NCBI GenBank assembly: GCA_002269645.1
Contig: NIVC01000597.1
Span: forward strand, 124,001-188,000
Direction: 5' to 3'
Length of the DNA: 64,000 nt
Source: Macrostomum lignano
Taxonomy: Eukaryota
A model generated the notes under the pieces. It was not told the origin of the DNA. It searched no databases and was given only the letters and a program-made list of their open reading frames with translations. The position numbers were made by a program, and so were the translations under genes. Of the stretch, positions 30,849-50,946 are shown piece by piece. The first letter of the stretch is position 1; the number at the start of each line of letters is the position of its first letter.

Positions 30849-33520
30849 AAGAATAACCAAAAGGAGGAGCAGACTAGCAAACAGCGTAGGGCATCGCGAA
30901 CAGCAAAACAACAGCGAAGCCGACAAAAAAGTCCTGAACAGCAGAAGCAGCAGAAGCAACAGAAGCAGAATATGCGCAGAAGCAATAAGAAAGCAGCGCG
31001 CCGGTCTCAGTCGGAAAAAAGTTGCGACGCGTCGACTCAATCGAGCTCGGAAAGCAGCGAAGAGTCCACCAGTTCGGACGAAAAAGTGTCGAAAAAGCAT
31101 CGACGACGACAGAAAAACGACTTGTCGGGTGAGTTGGTGAGCTGTGTATAGTGGCAGGATGGAACTCAGAGGCAGGATGGAACTCAGAGGCAGGATGGAA
31201 CTCAGAGGCAGGATGGAACTCAGAGACAGGATGGAACTCAGAGGCAGGATGGAACTCAGAGGCAGGATGGAACTCAGAGACAGGATGGAACTCAGAGACA
31301 GGAAGAAACTCAGAGGCAGGAAGGAACTCAGAGACAGGAAGAAACTCAGAGACAGGATGGAACTCAGAGACAGGAAGAAACTCAGAGACAGGAAGAAACT
31401 CAGAGACAGGATGGAACTCAGAGACAGGAAGAAACTCAGAGACAGGAAGGAACTCAGAGACAGGAAGAAACTCAGAGACAGGAAGAAACTCAGAGACAGG
31501 ATGGAACTCAGAGACAGGAAGAAACTCAGAGACAGGAAGAAACTCAGAGACAGGAAGAAACTCAGAGACAGGATGGAACTCAGAGACAGGAAGAAACTCA
31601 GAGACAGGAAGAAACTCAGAGACAGGAAGGAACTCAGAGACAGGATGGAACTCAGAGACAGGAAGAAACTCAGAGGCAGGATGGAACTCAGAGACAGGAA
31701 GAAACTCAGAGACAGGAAGAAACTCAGAGACAGGAAGAAACTCAGAGACAGGATGGAACTCAGAGACAGGAAGAAACTCAGAGACAGGAAGAAACTCAGA
31801 GACAGGAAGAAACTCAGAGACAGGATGGAACTCAGAGACAGGAAGAAACTCAGAGGCAGGATGGAACTCAGAGACAGGAAGAAACTCAGAGACAGGAAGA
31901 AACTCAGAGACAGGAAGAAACTCAGAGACAGGATGGAACTCAGAGACAGGAAGAAACTCAGAGACAGGAAGGAACTCAGAGACAGGAAGAAACTCAGAGA
32001 CAGGAAGAAACTCAGAGACAGGATGGAACTCAGAGACAGGAAGAAACTCAGAGACAGGAAGAAACTCAGAGACAGGAAGAAACTCAGAGACAGGATGGAA
32101 CTCAGAGACAGGAAGAAACTCAGAGGCAGGATGGAACTCAGAGACAGGAAGGAACTCAGAGACAGGATGGAACTCAGAGACAGGAAGAAACTCAGAGACA
32201 GGATGGAACTCAGAGACAGGAAGAAACTCAGAGACAGGAAGAAACTCAGAGACAGGAAGAAACTCAGAGACAGGAAGAAACTCAGAGACAGGATGGAACT
32301 CAGAGACAGGAAGAAACTCAGAGACAGGAAGGAACTCAGAGACAGGAAGGAACTCAGAGACAGTAACAGGAACTCAGAGACAGGAAGGAACTCAGAGACA
32401 GGAAGGAACTCAGAGACAGTAACAGGAACTCAGAGACAGGAAGAAACTCAGAGACAGGATGGAACTCAGAGACAGGATGGAACTCAGAGACAGGAAGGAA
32501 CTCAGAGACAGGAAGGAACTCAGAGACAGTAACAGGAACTCAGAGACAGGAAGGAACTCAGAGACAGGAAGGAACTCAGAGACAGGAAGGAACTCAGAGA
32601 CAGGAAGAAACTCAGAGACAGGAAGGAACTTAGAGACAGGATGGAACTCAGAGACAGGAAGGAACTCAGAGACAGGATGGAACTCAGAGACAGGATGGAA
32701 CTCAGAGACAGGATGGAACTCAGAGACAGGAAGGAACTCAGAGACAGTTACAGGAACTCAGAAACAGTAACAGGAACTCAGAGACAGTAACAGGAACTCA
32801 GAGACAGTAACAAGAACTCAGAGACAGTAACAGGAACTCAGAGGCAGTAACAGGAAAGTTCGAACATTCATGCTATCTAACATCCCATTGACCTCAGTTG
32901 AACCAAAAGCTTCAAAATCGACCAAATCCCGACCGGCTGTCGAGAGCAAACGTCTGTCATCTTCGTCGCAGAATAACAAGAAGAAAAGCAGGAAGAAAAA
33001 CAACAAGAAGTCATCAACAAAGAATGGCAGCCAGCGGGTTCAGAAGCGACACCGCCGGCAGGTCAGCAGCAGCAGCAGCGGCGGCAGCGACTGCGACAGC
33101 AGCGGCAAAGAAGCCGATAAAACTGACGACGATGAAAAGGAGGACTCGAGCGGCAGCAGCGACGAAGAGGGCGACACGGACGACGGTGGCCGGAGCCGGA
33201 GGGTCTGGCAGCAGTCGAGCCAGCCGGCGCCTCAGTCGAAGAAGCGAACTCAGCAGTCGGTGCCGGACTCTGCTGTCGTAACTCCGAAAACGACATCAAA
33301 CGTCGTAGCAAATGGAAACAACGACAACGACTGCGGCGGCGGCGGCGGTGGCACGGCATCGCGTCATCAACAGGTCCGACTTGATGTGCAAAAGAGATCC
33401 ATTACGGCGGCAGCGCCCGAACCCGCGGCCGCGGCTGGAGGCGGCGGCAAAGCCGTGACAAAGACAATTCAGGAGCTGATCTTCCGCCTGCAGACCGTGC
33501 TGAGCAAGGACGCCAATTGA
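28591..33520 (+). CDS. Uncharacterised protein: globular-looking N-terminus (~180 aa) plus Q/K/S-rich low-complexity C-terminus; exons 28591-28714, 28872-28990, 29855-30070, 30153-31128, 32898-33520
   Basis: GT-AG introns with phases 1,0,0,1; joins ORFs 30168..31151 and 32870..33520; N-terminus MKNLCDEAG...FLGNWCNILNVMRYMQRKCPG...CLALLYWEKILA. No family recognised; the 30153 acceptor was chosen by frame. Confidence 0.6.
29085..29815. repeat. 57-bp minisatellite (gctatgctggccacagtcagtgtccctccactggcaccagatttaattgctcctctc)n
   Basis: Tandem repetition in intron; unit divisible by 3, giving spurious ORFs on both strands. Confidence 0.95.
31150..32850. repeat. 18-bp minisatellite (ggaactcagagacaggat/aag)n
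   Basis: Tandem repetition inside intron 31129-32897. Confidence 0.97.
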
Positions 33521-34255
33521 ATCGAGTCGTCACAAGTTTCTGTTGCCCGTAGCAACGTAATTTTATTAACTAATGCTCGTAAATTAATTTTATTTGAGTC
33601 GAATTTATTTTTGGTAACTTTGTGTTTAAACTACTCAAAACTAAAACTGATAAATAATAATAAGGCTAAGAACAAAATAATATATTTATTCAAGTTTGAA
33701 GATGTACTACTGCTATCACAATAAGCTTTATGAAATTACTGTCTTTTATTTTAACTTTTGGAGAGAATTAATTTTAAAATATAATTTAGTCTTTCAAAAA
33801 ATACAAAACACCGGAACAGATGTACGTGTTCTTTCTACTGTCACTACAGATTAAAAAATTTATAAACAGTATTTCCTACAAAATAATAACTCTTAAAGTT
33901 AATAAACTCAATTTAAATTCGTGCGAAAATGGAACTTTAAACAAAAAAAGCTAATATGTTTATAAAATAAAAATTCCAAAAGGAACTGATTGAAACTTAA
34001 ATAAAACAAAGATTATAAGGTTAAAGGTTATAAAAAGAAACAATTCGGGTAAGAAGTGCGTAAATTTTCCGGATTTCTTTCGCGCGTATACAAATAGAAT
34101 AGAAAAGTAAAAGGATTAAATAGAAAATTGGAAGGATGCGATCAATATCCGTCTGCCTAAAGCAGGATCTATGATAAAATAGAATAAAATTTGCTTAACA
34201 AAACAAAGCTCGAAAATCTTTTTTGTTGGAATCGTCTGTCGATTTTGTGCCTTCT

Positions 34256-35140
34256 TTAACGCCTGGCCATCGACCAGCCAATTAGGAGCAGCGGCAACGC
34301 CGCCACCATCCAGCTGAGACGGACGGTTGCCGCGCCAGACGGCATGGACGAATCCGAGTTGCAGTTGTCGGTGGCGCAAACCCGGCAGGTCATCAGCCGG
34401 TAGGTGACGGTCAGATTGCCGCAGTACGTGTGGTCCGGGGCGCAGAGCTTCCCGTACTGCGTTCGCAGTTGAGGAAGAAGGGGCCAATTAGTTTGCATGT
34501 GTCTGTGTCTTAGTATGTGTTTGAGTGTGTCTAAATGTGCCTTATATCAATCTGTCTGCCTGTCTTAGCGTGTCTATCTTTCTCTGTCTGCTGGCTGCCT
34601 GAACTATCAGAATTAGAATCAGATTAGATCATAATCGCTATCAGTCAGCAAGCAGGTAAGCCAGTGGACTCACCAGTGGAGAGGAACTCGAATTGGTCAT
34701 GGCGGTGAACTTCACGCAATAATTGTAGCCAGGCGGGCAGCTGGTGCTCATGCCGTTGCTCATGGTAGTCGACGGGCCGTACTGGTAGCATTTCCTCGTT
34801 GAGGACTGCGCAATCACGGTGCCTAAAATAAATCAATACTTACATATCAGCTGGAGGGCTGCAGGCAACCCCGGCGCAATGCCTTCTGCGACATTGGCCC
34901 TGAGTAACATGTACAAGCTCGCCAATTACTGTACGCAGGCGCGCACTCATACACAGCTCACACAGGGTGTACAGTGGCCTGACTTTCTAATTGTCGGGGA
35001 TGTACACTCTCTGTGTGAAGGCACACAAACAACTCTATATACGTAATTAATATTTGACATAGCAAAAGTGTATTTTAAAATCAGAACTCACCAACCAAAG
35101 CGATGGCAACCAGGCAACAGGCGAAACTAGCGGTTCTCAT
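34256..35140 (-). CDS. Ly6/uPAR (three-finger, LU-domain) GPI-anchored protein, 132 aa; exons 35140-35092, 34822-34674, 34456-34256
   Basis: Signal peptide MRTASFACCLVAIALVGTVIA; RKCYQYG...SCPPGYNYCVKF...LCAPDHTYCGN...TCRVCATDNCN (8 Cys, DxCN end); hydrophobic GPI-signal tail; phases 1,0. Confidence 0.85.
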
Positions 35141-35576
35141 GACTGGGGGCTAATTAATAATTTGCTTTGTTATTGTTAGAATCAGCTGTTGCAGAAAATA
35201 AAATGCTGAATTAGAATTCCCTAGAGAGAGAAAAGATTCGTGAGAATTTATACCCGCATCTTGAGCTGCTCAAGTGCTTTTCTAATAAGAATGAGAGACG
35301 GAGATGATGGGACGGTTGGCACGGGCGTCAGACCGGCCTGTCAGTGAATAACTATTTGCTCAGCAGCCCGAAAGTTTATTTGAGTAGCCTCTGAGAACAG
35401 TGAGGCAGATTTATTAAAAAAACTTAATATATTTTCTCAAATGAAGGGTTTAATTTGCTAAGACTTGCCTTGCAATCAATTCTAGAATCCGAATCCACCC
35501 AGTTTTCGTTCGAATTCAAAGCCGCAGTTGCGGTGTGATGGGTGCAGAAGCAAGCCGCGAGAAAAAGCAGCAAGCA

Positions 35577-36050
35577 CTGGAACTCAAGTTACTGCAGTTA
35601 AAGTGAGTACTGGAACTCTCAGGTTACTGCAGTTAAACTGAGCACTGGAACTCTCAGGTTACTGCAGTTAAAGTGAGCAGTGTGAGCACTGGAACTCAGG
35701 TTACTGCAGTTAAAGTGAGCAGTGTGAGCACTGGAACTCAGGTTACTGCAGTTAAACTGAGCACTGGAACTCAGGTTACTGCAGTTAAAGTGAGTACTGG
35801 AACTCTCAGGTTACTGCAGTTAAACTGAGCACTGGAACTCTCAGGTTACTGCAGTTAAAGTGAGCAGTGTGAGCACTGGAACTCAGGTTACTGCAGTTAA
35901 AGTGAGCAGTGTGAGCACTGGAACTCTCAGGTTACTGCAGTTAAAGTGAGCACTGGAACTCTCAGGTTACTGCAGTTAAAGTGAGCACTGGAACTCTCAG
36001 GTTACTGCAGTTAAAGTGAGCACTGGAACTCAACTGGAACTCAAGTTACT
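35577..36050. repeat. ~30-38 bp minisatellite (actggaactc(tc)aggttactgcagttaaagtgagc)n
   Basis: Tandem repetition; unit contains a GTGAGT/GTGAGC donor-like motif. Confidence 0.9.
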
Positions 36051-36453
36051 AAATTTCCTCCGGTACACTATCCGTGGTAGGCTCAACCAAAAATGAAAAG
36101 AAAGACTCTAATAAAAATCAATGCCAATATAAAGTCAGTAGCACTGGCGTGAAGTATTTTTAATCAGATTTTTAGTAAAAAAACATGATTATTGATCAAA
36201 AGTGTCGAAATCAGATTCTGTTTATTTCAATAATTTCTAATATATCCAGATTGCGGAATATGCTTGCACAGAACATAATCATAAGGCATGCAGACAAAGT
36301 CGATAACAGTAGTATGATGATGACGAGAGTATAGAAATTAAAACTAAACGAAAATTTAGCTAAGATAAAAAACAAAACCGCTTTATAATTGGTTAATTAC
36401 AAGAGTTAATAATAACAATTCTAAAAGTACAACATAAGTAATGCACTATTAAT

Positions 36454-45815
<9,362 letters not shown>

Positions 45816-45889
45816 CTGCAGCAGGCAGCCTGGGCTGAAAATACACGAGGTCGAATGGGTTGCACTGTTGAATCTGCAAAAAATAATCT

Positions 45890-48065
45890 ACCTGAATCTG
45901 CCTCTCCGCCCCCCTCATTACCTGAATCTGCCTCTCCGCCCCCCCCTCATTACCCGAATCTGCCTCTCCGCCCCCCTCATTCCCTGAATCTGCCTCTCCG
46001 CCCCCCTCATTACCCGAATCTGCCTCTCCGCCCCCTCATTACCTGAATCTGCCCCTCCGCCCCCTCATTCCCTGAATATGCCTCTCCACCCCCTCATTCC
46101 CTGAATCTGCCTCTCCGCCCCCCTCATTCCCTGAATCTGCCTCTCCGCCCCCTCATTCCCTGAATCTGCCTCTCCGCCCCCCTCATTCCCTGAATATGCC
46201 TCTCCACCCCCCTCATTCCCTGAATCTGCCTCTCCGCCCCCTCATTCCCTGAATCTGCCTCTCCGCCCCCTCATTCCCTGAATATGCCTCTCCGCCCCCC
46301 TCATTACCTGAATCTGCCTCTCCGCCCCCTCATTCCCTGAATCTGCCTCTCCGCCCCCTCATTCCCTGAATATGCCTCTCCGCCCCCCTCATTACCTGAA
46401 TCTGCCTCTCCGCCCCCTCATTACCTGAATCTGCCTCTCCGCCCCCTCATTCCCTGAATATGCCTCTCCGCCCCCCTCATTCCCTGAATCTGCCTCTCCG
46501 CCCCCCTCATTACCTGAATCTGCCTCTCCGTCCCCCTCATTCCCTGAATCTGCCTCTCCGTCCCCCTCATTCCCTGAATCTGCCTCTCCGCCCCCCCCCT
46601 CATTACCCGAATCTGCCTCTCCGCCCCCCTCATTCCCTGAATCTGCCTCTCCGCCCCCCCCTCATTACCCGAATCTGCCTCTCCGCCCCCCTCATTCCCT
46701 GAATCTGCCTCTCCGCCCCCCCTCATTACCCGAATCTGCCTCTCCGCCCCCCCTCATTACCCGAATCTGCCTCTCCGCCCCCCTCATTACCTGAATCTGC
46801 CCCTCCGCCCCCCTCATTCCCTGAATATGCCTCTCCACCCCCTCATTACCTGAATCTGCCCCTCCGCCCCCCTCATTCCCTGAATATGCCTCTCCACCCC
46901 CTCATTCCCTGAATCTGCCTCTCCGCCCCCCTCATTCCCTGAATCTGCCTCTCCGCCCCCCTCATTCCCTGAATCTGCCTCTCCGCCCCCCTCATTCCCT
47001 GAATATGCCTCTCCACCCCCCTCATTCCCTGAATCTGCCTCTCCGCCCCCCTCATTCCCTGAATCTGCCTCTCCGCCCCTCATTCCCTGAATATGCCTCT
47101 CCGCCCCCCTCATTACCTGAATCTGCCTCTCCGCCCCCTCATTCCCTGAATCTGCCTCTCCGCCCCCTCATTCCCTGAATATGCCTCTCCGCCCCCCTCA
47201 TTACCTGAATCTGCCTCTCCGCCCCCCTCATTACCTGAATCTGCCTCTCCGCCCCCTCATTCCCTGAATATGCCTCTCCGCCCCCCTCATTCCATGAATC
47301 TGCCTCTCCGCCCCCTCATTCCATGAATCTGCCTCTCCGCCCCCCTCATTACCTGAATCTGCCTCTCCGCCCCCCTCATTCCCTGAATCTGCCTCTCCGC
47401 CCCCTCATTCCCTGAATATGCCTCTCCGCCCCCCTCATTACCTGAATCTGCCTCTCCGCCCCCTCATTCCCTGAATCTGCCTCTCCGCCCCCTCATTCCC
47501 TGAATATGCCTCTCCGCCCCCCTCATTCCCTGAATCTGCCTCTCTGCCCCCTCATTCCCTGAATCTGCCTCTCCGCCCCCTCATTTCCTGAATCTGCCTC
47601 TCCGCCCCCTCATTACCTGAATCTGCCTCTCCGCCCCCTCATTCCCTGAATCTGCCTCTCCGCCCCCCCCCCTCATTCCCTGAATCTGCCTCTCCGCCCC
47701 CTCATTACCTGAATCTGCCTCTCCGCCCCCTCATTTCCTGAATCTGCCTTTCTGCCCCCTCATTCCCTGAATCTGCCTCTCCGCCCCCTCATTTCCTGAA
47801 TCTGCCTCTCCGCCCCCTCATTTCCTGAATCTGCCTCTCCGCCCCCCTCATTCCCTGAATCTGCCTCTCCGCCCCCCCCTCATTCCCTGAATCTGCCTCT
47901 CCGCCCCCTCATTACCTGAATCTGCCTCTCCGCCCCCTCATTCCCTGAATCTGCCTCTCCGCCCCCCCCTCATTCCCTGAATCTGCCTCTCCGCCCCCTC
48001 ATTTCCTGAATCTGCCTTTCTGCCCCCTCTCAGTCTCTGAATATGCCTCTCCGCCCCTCTCATTC
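45890..48065. repeat. ~29-30 bp minisatellite (tccctgaatctgcctctccgccccctcat)n, ~2.2 kb
   Basis: Tandem repetition upstream of the EXOC4 ATG exon. Confidence 0.97.
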
Positions 48066-48409
48066 CGTGAATCCGTCTAAAATCCACCGCATCAATCAGT
48101 GAGTCTGTCCCATTGTTTTCTATCCTAAAGTTGAATAAACGACTTCAAGAAAATTCTTGTTGATATATTTGATTAAATATTAGAAATTTATTTTGCACAT
48201 AAGAAATCTGCCACTAACACTATAAAAGCTAACATTCATAAATGCATTATTCAATGAAGCGTCGGAGTTTTCTTCTGTTAATGCATATCATGTAAGAGGG
48301 TACAAGTAGCCTTCGAAACTGGGGGCTCGAATACACTTAAAGTAATTATTTAAGAACCTGGAATCAAATTTCAGTATGTGGGATCCAATCTGAGGTTCTA
48401 GTTAAGGAT

Positions 48410-49320
48410 TTAGGGGTCCTAATTAGGAATTTGAGGTCCTAGGTAAGAACCTGGAGTCCTAATTAGGAATTTGAGGTCCTAGGTAAGAATCTGGGGTCCT
48501 AATTAAGAACCTGGGATCCTAGGTAAGGATTTTGGGTCCTACTTAAGAATCTGGGGTCCTAGTTAAGAACCTGGGGTCCTAGTTAAGAATCTGGGGTCCT
48601 AGTTAAGAACCTGGGATCCTAGGTAAGGATTTTGGGTCCTAGTTAAGAACCTGGGGTCCTAGGTAAGAACCTGGGGTCCTAGTTAAGAATCTGGGGTCCT
48701 AGTTAAGAACCTGGGGTCCTAGGTAAGGATTTGGGGTCCTAGTTAAGAATCTGGGGTCCTAGTTAAGAACCTGGGGTCCTAGGTAAGGATTTTGGGTCCT
48801 AGTTAAGAATCTGGGGTCCTAGTTAAGAACCTGGGGTCCTAGGTAAGGATTTTGGGTCCTAGTTAAGAATCTGGGGTCCTAGTTAAGAATCTGGGGTCCT
48901 AGTTAAGAACCTGGGGTCCTAGGTAAGGATTTTGGGTCCTAGTTAAGAATCTGGGGTCCTAGTTAAGAATCTGGGGTCCTAGTTAAGAACCTGGGGTCCT
49001 AGGTAAGGATTTGGGGTCCTAGTTAAGAACCTGGGGTCCTAGGTAAGGATTTTGGGTCCTAGTTAAGAATCTGGGGTCCTAGTTAAGAATCTGGGGTCCT
49101 AGTTAAGAACCTGGGGTCCTAGGTAAGGATTTGGGGTCCTAGTTAAGAATCTGGGGTCCTAGTTAAGAACCTGGGGTCCTAGGTAAGGATTTTGGGTCCT
49201 AGTTAAGAATCTGGGGTCCTAGTTAAGAATCTGGGGTCCTAGTTAAGGACCTGGGGTCCCAGTTAAGAACCTGGGGTCCTAGGTAAGGATTAGGTAAGGT
49301 CCTAGGTAAGGTCCCAGTTA
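48410..49320. repeat. 20-bp minisatellite (ctggggtcctagttaagaat)n
   Basis: Tandem repetition. Confidence 0.96.
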
Positions 49321-49342
49321 AGAAGCTAAGAAGACGATTGCG

Positions 49343-49819
49343 TCATTGCTTTTCCCCATTGCAATGAGAATTATTCGACTTCTTGCTACCGCGACACCCG
49401 AGCGCTGCCCAGCACGCATCGGACGCATCGATATCGGCGACAATCGGCAGGGAGCCGCCCGGGGCAGAGCTGGTAGCCCGGCACAACCGGTCGGTCACGT
49501 GATCAACCGACTCTAACGGCCGGCAGGCTCGCCAAGCAACGAAACCGACGCTAAACTCGTAGAGCGCATAGGCTAAAGGAATGAGCATGGGGCCGGTGAT
49601 GGCCCAGTGACGTTCGGGCAGGTAGGTGAAGCCGCAGGCGCGGAGCCAAGCCTCCGGCAATACAGCCCAGACCAGGTAAGCCGCGAAGCCGAACCAAGCA
49701 GCCAGGTGGAGGGCGAAGCCATAGACAGCTCGTTCCGGCAGCGGGCCCGGATAGTGCTCGGGCGGGTTTTGATGATGAGGCTGAGGAGACTGGAATAGAT
49801 AACGCGCAATGGTGCACAC
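49343..49819 (-). CDS. PIGP: GPI-GlcNAc transferase subunit PIG-P (main coding exon; start exon unresolved)
   Basis: PGPLPERAVYGF...AYLVWAVLPEAWL...GFTYLPERHWA...PLESVDHVTD...LPIVADI matches recalled human PIGP (SPLPERAIYGF...LYLVWAFIPESWL...LTYWPQKYWA...PLDSIHTITD). No in-frame ATG upstream of the conserved part, so an upstream exon is needed. Confidence 0.88.
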   Translation of the reverse strand: MCTIARYLFQSPQPHHQNPPEHYPGPLPERAVYGFALHLAAWFGFAAYLVWAVLPEAWLRACGFTYLPERHWAITGPMLIPLAYALYEFSVGFVAWRACRPLESVDHVTDRLCRATSSAPGGSLPIVADIDASDACWAALGCRGSKKSNNSHCNGEKQ

Positions 49820-50946
49820 TAAAGAATGGCTTATGAGTGCTCCAATGCATTTGGTTGTGAGAGCGTACGTTCTGAAGGTTCTGAGGACTTAATGAGGGAT
49901 CTACGAGTATAGACCTACTCAGGGATTTAGGGAGCTACTTTAGGGATTCAGGGGCTTACTGAAAGATAGAGAGAACTACTGAGTGGTCTATGGACCTATG
50001 AGAGATCTAAAGATCTACTGAGGGATCTATAGACCTACTGAGGGATCTATTGCCCTACTGAGGGATCTATTGCCCTACTGAAGGATCTATGGCCCTACTG
50101 GGGGATCTATTGCCCTACTGGGGGATATTATGGATCTACGGAGGGACCTATGGACCTATTGAGGGATTTAAGAACCTACTCGGGGATTTAGGGACTTACT
50201 GAGGGATCTAGATACCCATTCAGGAAGCTAGGTTCATTTTTGTCTTTCCAAATGGCATCCTCAAATTGGACCTTGGATGCGATATGACATCTTGGCGCCA
50301 ACGAAAAAACCTAGTCAGGAAGTAGTGGTTAAAAAACGCTGAAAAAACGCCAGTAATGGTTAAAACTTAAAATATAACTTGGGCTCATTCCAAAATTTGT
50401 TACAATGCTTAATATCAGATCCAGATTCAATAGACCGTAACCTGACAGGGGAGTTAACTGCGACTTGAAAGATAGAATTAGGAGAGAGAGAGAGAGAGGG
50501 GGGGGGAGAGAGAGATGGATAAACAGTCTGTGGGAGAGTGACTGTACATGCGAACATTTTTGTGGTAGAAAGCGGATAGACCAGAGAGAGGGGGGAGGTG
50601 GGGAAGAGACGGGAACAGTGAGGTGAGACAGGTGAGCCACGGGATAGAGAACCCCCCTCCCCACCTACACCGGCAGTCTCCCAGCCAGTAAAACAAAGCC
50701 AGCTCAGACTTGGGCATTCAAAACTACAGCTTTAGCCAACCGCCTACTCAGCAAGTGAGAGAACAGTGCGGGCACGCGTTGCTGTAGACAGGTGAGGAAA
50801 GAAAGGATGGAGTAGAGAATGAATGCTATGTAAGCTGCAGTCCTGAGCACTAGACAGCGCCATCGGGTAAGGCCTAATCGCAGGATAAACTCGCAAAGCA
50901 ACAGTGTCAGTGATTAACTAACATTATATTTACTAATTTATTAAAT

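Noticed and set aside
31144-32770. MELRDRKKLRD / GWNSETGRNSE repeat ORFs
   Set aside because: 18-bp array between a GT donor (31129) and an AG acceptor (32897) whose flanking exons join in phase
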